The position numbers were made by a program, and so were the translations under genes. From the NCBI RefSeq assembly GCF_009914755.1, contig NC_060948.1: a DNA stretch of 64,000 bases. One strand, 5' to 3'. The notes under the pieces were generated by a model. That model saw only the letters and a program-made list of their open reading frames with translations. It ran no database searches and was not told the origin of the DNA. The DNA comes from the human T2T-CHM13v2.0 reference genome, Homo sapiens. Below are positions 29,440 to 40,800 of the stretch, one piece after another. The stretch's first letter is position 1. Each line of letters begins with the position of its first letter.

Positions 29440-30956
29440 TTGTTTTTGTTTTTTAATTTGGTTTTATAGTCTCCCATTTCTTCGATGCCAAAAATTAAGC
29501 TTTCTCTAAAACTCTACAAGTAGATCAACATAATTTGGTTTGTAGAATACTTATATGAAAATTATATTACTGGAAACAATACGCAATAAAATATTAAGGA
29601 CCTCAGTCTCATTATGGTCTTTTATAATTTGAGAAATAAAGTGTCTATTATAGTGTAATGCCATTGGCATCCCTAATACAGTCATGAGAAGGCACTTTTC
29701 AGAGTCACAAGTAAATAAATCAATGCTTATAAATAGACAAACTGTTTACAATGAGATCTGTGTACTTCACATAAAAAGAAACAATAAAGGAAGATAAAAA
29801 CTGATAGACACTATTTAGATCATTTTATCTTCTTACAAGTTTTAAAGAAGTAGGTGGAAGCAATCTATCTTTCTCTCAGAGATACCCATAATTCATAATT
29901 TTGTATCACCAAAAACTGGAAGAAAGGTAATACAGTTTCTATTCAGCATTTCAATTATTTCATCATAAAAGGAAGTCACATTTTTTGTGTCAAAAGCGAT
30001 GGGATTCATTTCCAATTTCTCACCTACTTTCCAGATTTCTCCATGTTCCTGTATCTGTTGATAGAGGAAAAGACAGTCTCCAAATCTCCTGGGAATAATT
30101 TTGAGCCATCATAATATTCTTTTTAGAGGGGATGCATAAAGTAGACATTAAAAATCAAGAACCCAGATCATATCAGTGAGAAGAAATCTGCAATTCGTTA
30201 AATATGTGCAATTCTACGTCAATCCTTGAGCAGAGGCCTGAATCCCCATACATAGAAAGAACATATAGGAGTAATAAGTGAGGGAGGGTAAGTTACTACA
30301 AGTCATGCTGACGCACAAAAATACTTTCAGCGAGCATGAGGCATAAATGTGTTGGTGAGAAACAGTTGCAGGAACTGAGTTTTTACTATGCATAGAAAAT
30401 CTTATCTTCTGTGTTTCAAAAGCCCAAAAGTCCAGTGGAAATAGAAGCATTCTTTTCTAGAGTATTCCAAAGGAGACCTTCAATTGTACCCAACATACCC
30501 AATTATTGGTTATTGGGAGCTTTACTAAGTTGTTCATTAGATTTGATTGTGTTATTCAGTAGGTCTCCCTTACAATAAATTTTAAGTGATGAAAGTCAGT
30601 ACCAGTAAGGAAGATTACCAACAGCCAAAGGATCAGTAGACAACATTCTGAAATCCAGCCCAGTGACAAGTAAGAACTCTTAAGGGCAAAAGGAAGCTGT
30701 GGATAATATATGCTGCTTCAGACGATAGCTAGGACTCTGCAAAATATATGAAATTAAAAATAAATAATACCATACAGTATTATTAAGGAGTCAGAGTTGA
30801 TGCTGGTGGTAATTGTCTTCAAAGTGAATCACAGTGTTCTTGAAAAAAGTCAAGCCTTATTTTTCAGCTACTAGAAATGAAAATTTGAAATTTACAAATT
30901 ATTTTCATTTGACTTATCGGGTGATTTCCACATGCTGGAAATATCAAGAAATATTT

Positions 30957-31265
<309 letters not shown>

Positions 31266-31473
31266 AATATATTTAAATAAACTGTCTGTGATGGCCATTA
31301 TTTCTTGAATTCTATCTTATTCCACTTATTCCACATTACTAAAAGATCCCTGAATTTCTGACTGAAGTTTAAAGAGAAACATCACAACTAGATATCAGAG
31401 TCCAAGGAAGAGACACAAAGACCTCAGTGGTACTGACAGGCAATAGCAAAGTCATTCGAAAGACAAAGATTTT

Positions 31474-31795
31474 GGCTGGTCGTGGTGGCTCACGCCTGTA
31501 ATCCCAGCACTTTGGGAGGCCGAGGCCAAGGAGGGCAGATAATGAGGTCAGGAGATCGAGACCATCCTGGCTAATATGGTGAAACCCGCCTGTACAAAAA
31601 ATATAAAAAATTAGCCGGGCGTGGTGGCAGATGCCTGTAATCTCAGCTACTCGGGAGGCTGAGGCAGGGGAATTGCTTGAACCTGGGAGATGGAGGTTGC
31701 AGTGAGCCGAGATGCCGCCATTGTGCCACTGCACTCCAGCCTGGGCGACAGAGCGAGACTCCATATCAAAAAAAAAAAAAAAAAAAAAAAAAGAC
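31474..31795 (+). mobile_element. AluSc/Y-like
   Basis: Full dimer with A25 tail; 15-bp TSD AAAGACAAAGATTTT at 31459-31473 and 31796-31810. Confidence 0.95.
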
Positions 31796-32219
31796 AAAGA
31801 CAAAGATTTTAAGGCCATAGAGAAGAAAAATTTAAGCAGCAAGGCATCAAAAGCAAAAGTCTAGTTCAAAATTATTATTAATATCTGCTTTGAACATGGA
31901 AGAATGGAAGAGGGGAGTCAACGTACAGTAGTTACACTCTTTTATTGAGTTTAGTAGCTAATCAACAATTTGTTCCTGATATATCTAGATGAGCCAGTGA
32001 GACAATTATAAGTAATAACGGGAAGAACAATACCAGAGTAAAATCAAATAGGAAGAAAGTGATAGGCGTATTTACACTAATAGAAATAGAGTCCGTCAGT
32101 TAGTGGAAACTGGTGACAACAGCAGAGAAAACTCTGGAGAGCTATAAACTGCGTGAAATGAAGTGCATTGGAAGTTACAGAAAATACGCAAGAACAATGG
32201 GAGAAGAACTCCAGGAAGT

Positions 32220-32300
32220 GTAGGGGAGGGGCAGCGTGGAGAAGAAAGGATGTGACGTCACTGAGATAACCAGCTCGGCTGTTAGCAACTCTGTTAGCAA
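32220..32300 (+). promoter_or_regulatory. Putative TGIF2LY proximal promoter
   Basis: GGGGAGGGGC GC-box (32223-32232); perfect CRE TGACGTCA (32253-32260) within the palindrome GTGACGTCAC; CTGTTAGCAA repeated at 32279-32288 and 32291-32300; no TATA box. Confidence 0.65.
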
Positions 32301-32328
32301 AGCTGTTTGTCTTTCTCGGAAACAACAG

Positions 32329-32424
32329 GTGAGAATTCCCCTTACAGACCTGCCCATGCTTTCTAAAGTGGCTCTCCCAAACCTACCTTTGTCCTAACTC
32401 AGTTGTCTGTGATTCTCAATATAG
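32329..32424 (+). other. TGIF2LY: 96-bp intron in the TGIF2LY 5'UTR
   Basis: Donor CAG|GTGAGA at 32329, branch-point-like CCTAAC at 32393-32398, acceptor ATAG| at 32424, 21 nt upstream of the ATG; agrees with the recalled two-exon structure. Confidence 0.75.
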
Positions 32425-32445
32425 TAACGATAAGCCTCTTTGAAT

Positions 32446-33003
32446 ATGGAGGCCGCTGCAGACGGCCCGGCTGAGACCCAAAGCCCGGTGGAAAAAGACA
32501 GCCCGGCGAAGACCCAAAGCCCAGCCCAAGACACCTCAATCATGTCGAGAAATAACGCAGATACAGGCAGAGTTCTTGCCTTACCAGAGCACAAGAAGAA
32601 GCGCAAGGGAAACTTGCCAGCCGAGTCCGTTAAGATCCTCCGCGACTGGATGTATAAGCATCGGTTTAAGGCCTACCCTTCAGAAGAAGAGAAGCAAATG
32701 CTGTCAGAGAAGACCAATTTGTCTTTGTTGCGGATTTCTAACTGGTTTATCAATGCTCGCAGACGCATTCTCCCGGATATGCTTCAACAGCGTAGAAACG
32801 ACCCCATCATTGGCCACAAAACGGGCAAAGATGCCCATGCCACCCACCTGCAGAGCACCGAGGCGTCTGTGCCGGCCAAGTCAGGGCCAGTGGTCCAGAC
32901 AATGTACAAAGCCTGCCCCTGTGGCCCTTGCCAAAGGGCCAGATGTCAAGAGAGAAGCAACCAGATCCGGAGTCGGCCCCTAGCCAGAAGCTCACCGGAA
33001 TAG
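32446..33003 (+). CDS. TGIF2LY: TGFB-induced factor homeobox 2-like, Y-linked (TALE homeodomain protein, 185 aa, CDS without introns)
   Basis: ATG at 32446 in good context (AATATGG); homeodomain [61 protein letters not shown] with the TALE AYP loop and WFIN; frameshifted C-terminus matches the Y paralog. Confidence 0.96.
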   Translation: MEAAADGPAETQSPVEKDSPAKTQSPAQDTSIMSRNNADTGRVLALPEHKKKRKGNLPAESVKILRDWMYKHRFKAYPSEEEKQMLSEKTNLSLLRISNWFINARRRILPDMLQQRRNDPIIGHKTGKDAHATHLQSTEASVPAKSGPVVQTMYKACPCGPCQRARCQERSNQIRSRPLARSSPE

Positions 33004-33170
33004 CCCAGCCAAAGAAAAAGGTCAAGATTTCTATCACTTCCCCGTCTTCTCCAGAACTTGTGTCTCCAGAGGAGTACGCCGACTTCAGCAGCTTCCTGCT
33101 GCTAGTCGATGCAGCAGTACAAACGGCTGCCGAGCTGGAGCTAGAGAAGAAGCAAGAGCCTAATCCATGA
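32889..33170 (+). other. Out-of-frame but still open ancestral TGIF2LX-type C-terminus (93 codons)
   Basis: [23 protein letters not shown]...[28 protein letters not shown]; adding one C at GGGCC(C)AGT (32887-32888) gives a 241-aa ORF. Confidence 0.9.
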
Positions 33171-36100
33171 TTGATGATGTTCCAAAAACCCAAGTAGTCA
33201 GTCCCTTGTGTACTGTGGTAAACCTGTTTATGTTCACCCCAACTTATTTGTATGCTTATCTTTTATAGAGGCATCTTTCTTTCTACTGGTTTTATGAGTA
33301 CCAATCTTAATTATTGGGACTAAATTCTGTCAGATATTTCAGTGTTTCCAGGTGAAAGACACTAAGGTGCCATCATAATGAACACTGCAGCAAAGATTTC
33401 TTAACTCTCCTTCCTCCTGGATTTGAACTCTTTAGACCATCAGACTAGTACATCTGAGATTAAACATCAAGCTGAGATTTCAGAGATAAATGTTTTTGGC
33501 TTTCTAGCCAACTTTCTTAATCCCAGGGTTGCTACATATAATAAGTCACCCCTCTTTCTCCCTCTCTCTCGGTAATCTCTGTTCATTAGTATGAGTGATA
33601 GAAAAGAAAGCCTCTATAAAAATGGCTATAACATCCCTCATTTTATTGTTGGAGTTTTGTGAAGCTTTCAATTCTTATATTCCTTTTTGTACAGTTTTGG
33701 CCAATTTTGAAGAAGTAGTTATTCTTTGCAGGGAGTTGACCATGAGAGCCAAAGTACAGTAAATTCATGAACATTTTTTTGCATAAAGGTGAACTCTTCT
33801 TGCTTTGAGCAGTGAAAAGTCTGCATAAAGGTATGAAAATTCCAAATGTTAATTTTCTCTTATTGGCTGTTGGTTAGATAGTTGGTTTTAGAGAATACTT
33901 TTTATTGATTTTAATTATAAAAGTAAAAACATAACAAAAAATAGAAAAAAACTGACAAAAAAATTCCCTGGAAGAAACCAAAGGAAGATAATTTAGAAAG
34001 AAACAAAATGAATCAATATATAACATGTCAGCAAAAAGTGAAGTAGATCCAGGTATTCTATTATTTTATCTTTTTAATACATTTATGTATTTTTCCTTTT
34101 AAAATTCTTGGTTTGGTAGGGAGTGGGGTAGGAATGTAAAAAGCTTCAGACCGGTCCCGCATGAAAATAATCCTATTGTCTTATAAAGGCAGCTTTTTCA
34201 CAAGTACAGGCAGATTTTCACTAGGATACGAACAGAAAGATACTACCCCAGAGAGCTGTAATTTTACTTCTCTGCTTTTAGGGAGCTAAAACCTGAGGAA
34301 TCTAGGGCTATAAATTGGACTCTAGCCTGATTCTGATTCTGCTCTAATGTGAAATAGATCATGATTTGTCTGCTTCTAGGGCCATTTTTTATATTGTTAT
34401 CTAATTATTGGCAATTTTAAATATAAGATGCCGTATCTTATTTAGGCATCTTAACAAACAATAGTCATGAGTTTTTACTTTGCATATTATAAGTTTCCAT
34501 GTTACCAGAAAGGAAACAGGCCCACATTCCCAAACTGTTGTTTCTGAAATAAACTAAAATAGGAAGGAGTTGAGGTTCCTAAGGCATACATGAATCCAGG
34601 GGCATTTAGAAGGAAGTGGTATAAAAACATTCATCGTAACCTTACTGAGGAGGGCCCGTAAACACTCAAGGAAACGCCCAAACCATTTTGTTTATAGTGC
34701 CTGGCAAAAAGCATTTTCTGCATATGGATACATAGAAGGCTCTTATTCAAGGAAAGGACGTTTGCTATCTGGGTGGCAAGATTTCTAGACTCAGCCTAGA
34801 GTATTTCTATACACTCATTTCTGGACCCTTACTACTTTGTCCTGTAGCTTTCTAACTGGTCTTAGGTCTCAGGCTTTTCTCTTTCTCAGTTGAAAATGAA
34901 GTTAATTGCAACTTTAGTGCTGAAGTCTGAAAAAGGAAGTTTCTTATTGTCTGGCCTCTTATAGACAATATAAGAGGCTTGTTTCCTCTTGTTTCTAGAG
35001 GCTGAGGCCACTTGGACTGTTCCTGTAGAATGACTATTGTAGTACTTGTTTATTAATAACTTTATTATTATTGTAAAATGACTGTGGAATCATTGTAAAA
35101 TCAGTGCTGCTGTAGAACTTACTCAAAGGTGAATATGTTGGGATTACAGTGGTATTTGTCCATTTCTGTTGTGCACTTTGTAATGGTGAATTGTGGTCTA
35201 CAATTGTGTTCTAGCTTTAACTCTATTATATCGAAAGAAATTGGGGAGAACTGTTCTCGGTTTTGTGCTACAAACATGGAGAAGAAGCAGTTGCTATATA
35301 CAACAGAATTTTTATTGTTGAAATTTTTGCCAAATAAATGTACTTTTTTTCATATAAAAGGACCAACTGTGTTTGTGATTCCACCAGGCTTTAACCACTT
35401 TGAAGTTGTAGCTTCTTTATGCATGTTTTTTTCTATAAGAGTGAAATTTAGGAAGCTATAATCTACTTCACTTTGTGGAGAGAAAAGGCGATAATTTTCT
35501 AAAGAAACTAAGTTTGGAAAACATAACCACCAATTCCATGTTATTTGAGTTTGAGAACTATGTAAAACCTGATAAAGAGTTTCTGAAACAATGGTCTTGT
35601 GGAAGTGAAAGGGTGAAGATAGCATTGAGAATATCTTGGTTAGGATTTTTTCTTTTTCCTTTTTTTTTTTTCTTCCAAAGTATTGGGAGTCATTTATATT
35701 TCCAGAAGTGTACAAGAATTTCTATTCCTCTACACTTTTACCAATACATAATATCAATTTTCAATTTTTCTCAAGCCAATAGCTATAAAACAGCCTAGCA
35801 TTATTCATTTGCCTTTGTCTGATTAATAGCAAAATTGAACACCTTTACATATTTTTCTTTTGCCACTCATTTTTTCCTCTTCTGTTGAAATCAATTGCTT
35901 AATTTTTCCTTTCTGCTTTGCCTTACTTATCCAGTGGCAGTTCTTCATAAATTGTATTACAATTATTTTGCTATATGAATTGCTAAATTCTTCCAATTTG
36001 TGCATCTCTTTTTAGTTTATTGATGGTGTCTTTTGTCATACAAAATTTCAAATGTTATTATATGCAAATTTGTTAGTTTTCCTTTATGAGTTGTGCTCTT

Positions 36101-36174
36101 TGTGCCTTATTTAAGAAATCTGTCATTGCCTAGGTATAATGAAGATATTTTCCTGTGTTTTCTTCTGTAAGTTT

Positions 36175-36468
36175 CTTTTTAAATTTTGCTTTAAGTTCTT
36201 GGACACATGTGCAGAATATGCACGTTTGTTATATAGGTATACATTGCAGAATGTGCAGGTTTGTTACATAGGTATACATGTGCCATGGTGGTTTGCTGCA
36301 CCTATCAACCCATCATCTAGGTTTTAAGCCCCACGTGCATTAGATATTTGTCTTGTCCCCGACCCCCTGACAGTCCCCAGTGTGTGATGTTCCCCTGCGT
36401 GTGTCCCTGTGTTGTCATTGTTCAACTCCCACTTATGAGTGAAAACATGCGGTGTTTGGTTTTTTTCT
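36175..36468 (-). mobile_element. L1PA (about PA8) 3'UTR fragment
   Basis: TTAAGTTC..ACATGTGCAGAA..GGTTTGCTGCACCTATCAACCC..CCCACTTATGAGTGA; contains a tandem duplication of about 35 bp. Confidence 0.85.
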
Positions 36469-36534
36469 TAAGAAAGATACATTTTTATTAATCTATTTGG
36501 AATGACGGAAATATACAGTCAAAAGATGTAGGAT

Positions 36535-37869
36535 TGTGTCCGGAATTGGTGGGTTCTTGGTCTCACTGACTTCAAGAATGAAGCCGTGGACCCTCGTGGT
36601 GAGTGTTACAGCTCTTAAGGTGGCGCGTCTGGAGTTTGTTCCTCCTGTTGTTCGGATGTGTTCGGAATTTCTTCCTTCTGGTGCGTTCATGGTCTCGCCG
36701 CCTCAGGAGTGAAACTGCAGACCTTTGCCGTGTTATGGCTCATAAAGGCAGTGTGGACCCAAAGAGTGAGCAGCAGCAGAATTTATTGCAAAGAGCGAAA
36801 GAACAAAGCTTCCACAGCGTGGAAGGGGACCCGAGCAGGTTGCCACTGCTGGCTCGGGCAGCCTGCTTTTATTCTCTTATCTGGTCCCACCCACATCCTG
36901 CTGATTGGTAGAGCTGAGTGGTCTGTTTTGACAGGGCGCTGATTGGTGCGTTTACAATCCCAGAGCTAGACGCAAAGGTTCTCCACATCCCCACCAGATT
37001 AGCTAGATACCGAGTGTCCACACAAAGGTGCTCCAAGTCCCCACCAGAGTAGCTAGATACAGTGTTGATTGGTGCATTCACAAACCCTGAGCTAGACACA
37101 GGGTGCTGATTGGTGCACTCACAAACCCTGAACTAGACACAGGGTGCTGATTGGTGTATTTACAATCCCTGAGCTAGACATAAAGGTTCTCCACCTCACC
37201 ACCAGACTCAGGAGCCCAGCTGGCTTCACCCAGTGGATCCCACACCAGGGCTGCAGGTGGAGCTGCCTGCCAGTCCCGTGCCATGTGCCTGCACTCCTCA
37301 GCCCTTGGGTGGTCGATGGGACTAGGCACCGTGGAGCAGGGGGCGGCGCTCACCGGGGAGGCTTGGGCGGCACAGGAGCCCACGGGGCGGGTGGGGGCGG
37401 GGAGCCTCAGGCATGGCAGGCTACGTGTCCTGAGCCCTGCCCCGCCGGGAGGCAGCTAAGGCCTGGTGAGAAATTGAGCACAGGCCCGGTGGGCCGGCAC
37501 TGCTGGGGGACCCAGTACACCCTCCGCAGCTGCTGGCCTGGGTGCTAAACCCCTCATTGCCTGGGGCGGGCAGGGCCGGCCGGCTGCTCCGAGTGCGGGG
37601 CCTGCCAAGCCCACGCCCACGCCCACCCGGAACTCCAGCTGGCCCGCAAGCTCGGTGCACAGCCCCGGTTCCCGCTCGCACCTCTCCCTCCACATCTCCC
37701 TGCAAGCTGAGGGAGCCGGCTCCGGCCTTGGCCAGCCCAGAAAGGGTCTCCCACAGTGCAGTGGCAGGCTGAAGGGCTCCTCAAGTGCTGCCAAAGTGGG
37801 AGCCCAGGCAGAGGAGGCCCTGAGAGCGAGCGAGGGCCGTGAAGACTGCCAGCACGCTGTCACCTCTCA
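36535..37869 (-). mobile_element. Solo LTR12 (LTR12C-like, ERV9)
   Basis: Minus strand starts TGAGAGGTGACAGCGTGCTGGCAGTC and ends CCAATTCCGGACACA; 4-bp TSD GGAT (36531-36534, 37870-37873); GC/CpG-rich; tandem CCAAT units. Confidence 0.95.
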
Positions 37870-40800
37870 GGATGAATAGGAAGTCCATAGGGTGGCTCTA
37901 ATAAGGAATAAGACATAACTGGTTATGAATAAAGTTGTTCTTTTCAGTGATCCCTCCACCCAGCCCCTCACTCTGTCTCTCTTGATTGATGTGAAAGTGA
38001 GATTCATCAGTGTGTACTTCAAGAATTTCGTATTAAAGATATTCTTAGAATGGGATTTCATTTCAATGTTTCTTAATCCTCTGGCATAAGAGCACATTTA
38101 TAAACAATGTAGTCATAAGGGATATCTTCACTCGTGTTCTTTCATATATCTCAAACTATACTAGATATATAATACCAGGGATTTTACTTTAGCTTATTTA
38201 TTAGAACAAGAATGCCTTTTACATGTATTATAACATGCTTTAATGTATACAGTGTATCTCAATGAAGGGAAAACATTGGAGTGGAATTTTCCTGGATATT
38301 TTATTAAATGAACACTAAGGCAAATAATATATTTTATCTATAGTCTCCTCAGCTAGCAGGGGCATACTTTGTGTGCCATGATTTAGTCACTTCAGTAAGT
38401 TTACATTCGGTCACTGAAAACATTAGTTTTCGATTTTCAAATAATCTCAACTCTTACATTTGACCAAATTTAGTTCTATTTCTATTTCACCTAATATATT
38501 TCAAGGACCTAGGCACTTGTATTATAATTATTTTTTTTAAGAAATGGCACTTTGTGTATATGTGTTTACTGTTAAAAATCTGCCATTTACCTTTTGGCTT
38601 TTTTAGTTCATCGTGGTAAAATGAGGACAGTAAGAGTAAGATAATGTGGATTTACTAGAAAGATGTCATATCTTTTGCAACAGGTAGAAGATAACTGAAA
38701 GTAGATCAAAGAATGTGGTTTGTCACATGAGAACGCATACAATTATAATTGATTATTTAAGGAGTTATGGATGGTTACTTTGTGTTTTTAGAACCTCATG
38801 ATATAGAATAGACTGAAACGTAATTCAAAAGGACTTCAAAAAATTATAGATAACTAAGCCAAGATCAATTTTAAAGGAAAAGTAAAATTCACTGGCCGAA
38901 ACCATTAAGGAAGAAATCTATGAGGTCAAACAGGGTCTTTCCTGATATAGTTGTGCTGTCATTTGTACAGGCCGAATAACAGGTTGGATAGTCCAAAAGT
39001 CTAATCTGGAATGGTACTTAATGCTTTCTATAAGATGCAAATTGGAAATGTGATAAATATGACTTAGAACATAGCTGTATTTAAACCTATTTTGAGCTCA
39101 TTTTCACTTTCAATAATGTTTTAACCTTATTTTAGCAATGTTCTTTACTTCAATGATACTAGCAGTATTTGGACTTTTAAGTTTGCATTTCTTTATATAA
39201 AACAGACAATAACAATGGGTGACCAGCATTTTTCTACTAGATATTCTATATATTGCAACCTGTAATTCCTTGTTATACCAATGTATAGTAAATGATTGCT
39301 TTTTATAGGATAATTATTCATGTTATAGAGCAGGGAGTTCTCAAATATTAAAATCCTGAACAGAGATTAATTTCTTGGCTTATTATATAATATAATGAAA
39401 AATGTTATAATTTATAATTTATTTTTACTTTTACTATCTTTTCAGAAATGCTATTTTTTTCCTTATTATCCTAAAGACAGCCTAAAGTATCTTAAAGTTC
39501 TTTCTTTAGCTTTTGAGGATATAATTTAGAAAAAGTTTAATAAGAAAGTATTGAAATCAATGATAATTTTGTAAAAGGTATAAAAAGGGGCTCTTTTTGC
39601 ATGCTACTGTAAATTTAATATAAAGCACTTATATGAACATTAATTTTTACCTCTACATCATAATATAAACTTTTACTGTTTTACTCTTAATTAAAGATAT
39701 CCTCAGTTTTCTGTTTTTTCCCCAGATAATCATTAAGTTTTATACAATACGCTTATGAAAACTTTAAAGAATTAAGAATCTAAAATTATAGTAACAAGCA
39801 AAATGTTGTATTGAATTAGAATAACATGCACGACTATGAAGTAATTAAACTTTTAATAGAAATATGTGAGGTAATGTTAGAAATTATTTTACATCCTCCT
39901 TTTTGCCAACCATGTTAAGTAGTCTACTAAACAAAAGAGCAGTAATGGGTTTGAATCGTAACAGGAGTGTGTGTGCATGCATACCTGTGTATGTGCTTGT
40001 GTGTGTGTATTAGAGACAGAAAATCCAATAATCCAACAAGAAAAGCTTTACTTCCAAGTCAATGTAGTGTGTTAGCAGAATCTTCACTATGAAAGGAGAA
40101 TCACAGTTGATAAGGTGACCATGATGTTTTTACACACTATGGGTATTTCATAAAGATCTCAGAGAATAATTTGATCTTTAATAAACAAAATAATAATTCA
40201 AGAGACTCTAAAAGCAGCTGTTATGAACGTGCATGAATATTACAATATAATACCAAAGTTATTTTTCCCGAATAAGTATTTTATGATTTTGAAAGTACCT
40301 GAAAAAATCAGGATTTTATTTGGTCAGGTGACCAACTTCCAGGATAAAAGAAACTAAGGAAGTTAACTTAAGGTGTTAATTATAACATAGGATAATTATG
40401 AAGACATTCAGTAAACCACTATATAAGATAATTATGGAAAATTGTATAGCTTTCCAAGAAAATTCCTATAAATTTTAATTGTTTATAAATAAATGCCTAT
40501 GATAAGTCTTGCCTATACTTCTGACTTAATTATAATAATCTCTAGAGTGAGATATGATTCATCTTTCCCTGACATTCCAACATTTTTGTAAGTGGAATTC
40601 ATGATTGTGCAGCTAATAAAATAGACAGTTTATAAAACTTAGCTGCTTTCAATTAACAAAGCTAAGACTCTTCCCCCCACTGTCCATCAAAGATAATACT
40701 ATTTCACTTTTTTCTTAGTTATTTGAGATGGCAATCAAAAATGATATTTTTGGCATGAAATGAACATATCATGATCCTTCAGTTATAATAACAGATTCGT

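Noticed and set aside
27784-29509. 170-176 aa ORFs (also 319-627, 31369-31842, 58045-58491)
   Set aside because: Antisense-Alu translations (LSPRLECSG..., [10 protein letters not shown])
32440-32445. ORF-track start giving 187 aa
   Set aside because: It is a TTG; the ATG at 32446 gives the known 185-aa protein
32807-33193. 128-aa antisense ORF, and the 135-aa overlapping plus-strand ORF at 32576-32983
   Set aside because: Non-ATG starts and no recognisable domain; expected shadow ORFs of a GC-rich CDS
32334-33968. AATTCCC at 32334 and 33962 as a possible TSD of the TGIF2L retrocopy
   Set aside because: Only 7 bp, so likely chance; the retroposition is too old to expect a preserved TSD
34500-35460. 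Possible old LTR-like sequence and the 110-aa ORF at 35129
   Set aside because: I could not assign a family or termini; the ORF has a GTG start and no recognisable homology
36900-37200. Regularly spaced ~41-bp repeats resembling a CRISPR-like array
   Set aside because: They are the normal LTR12 U3 CCAAT tandem units, with no unique spacers and no cas genes, in human DNA
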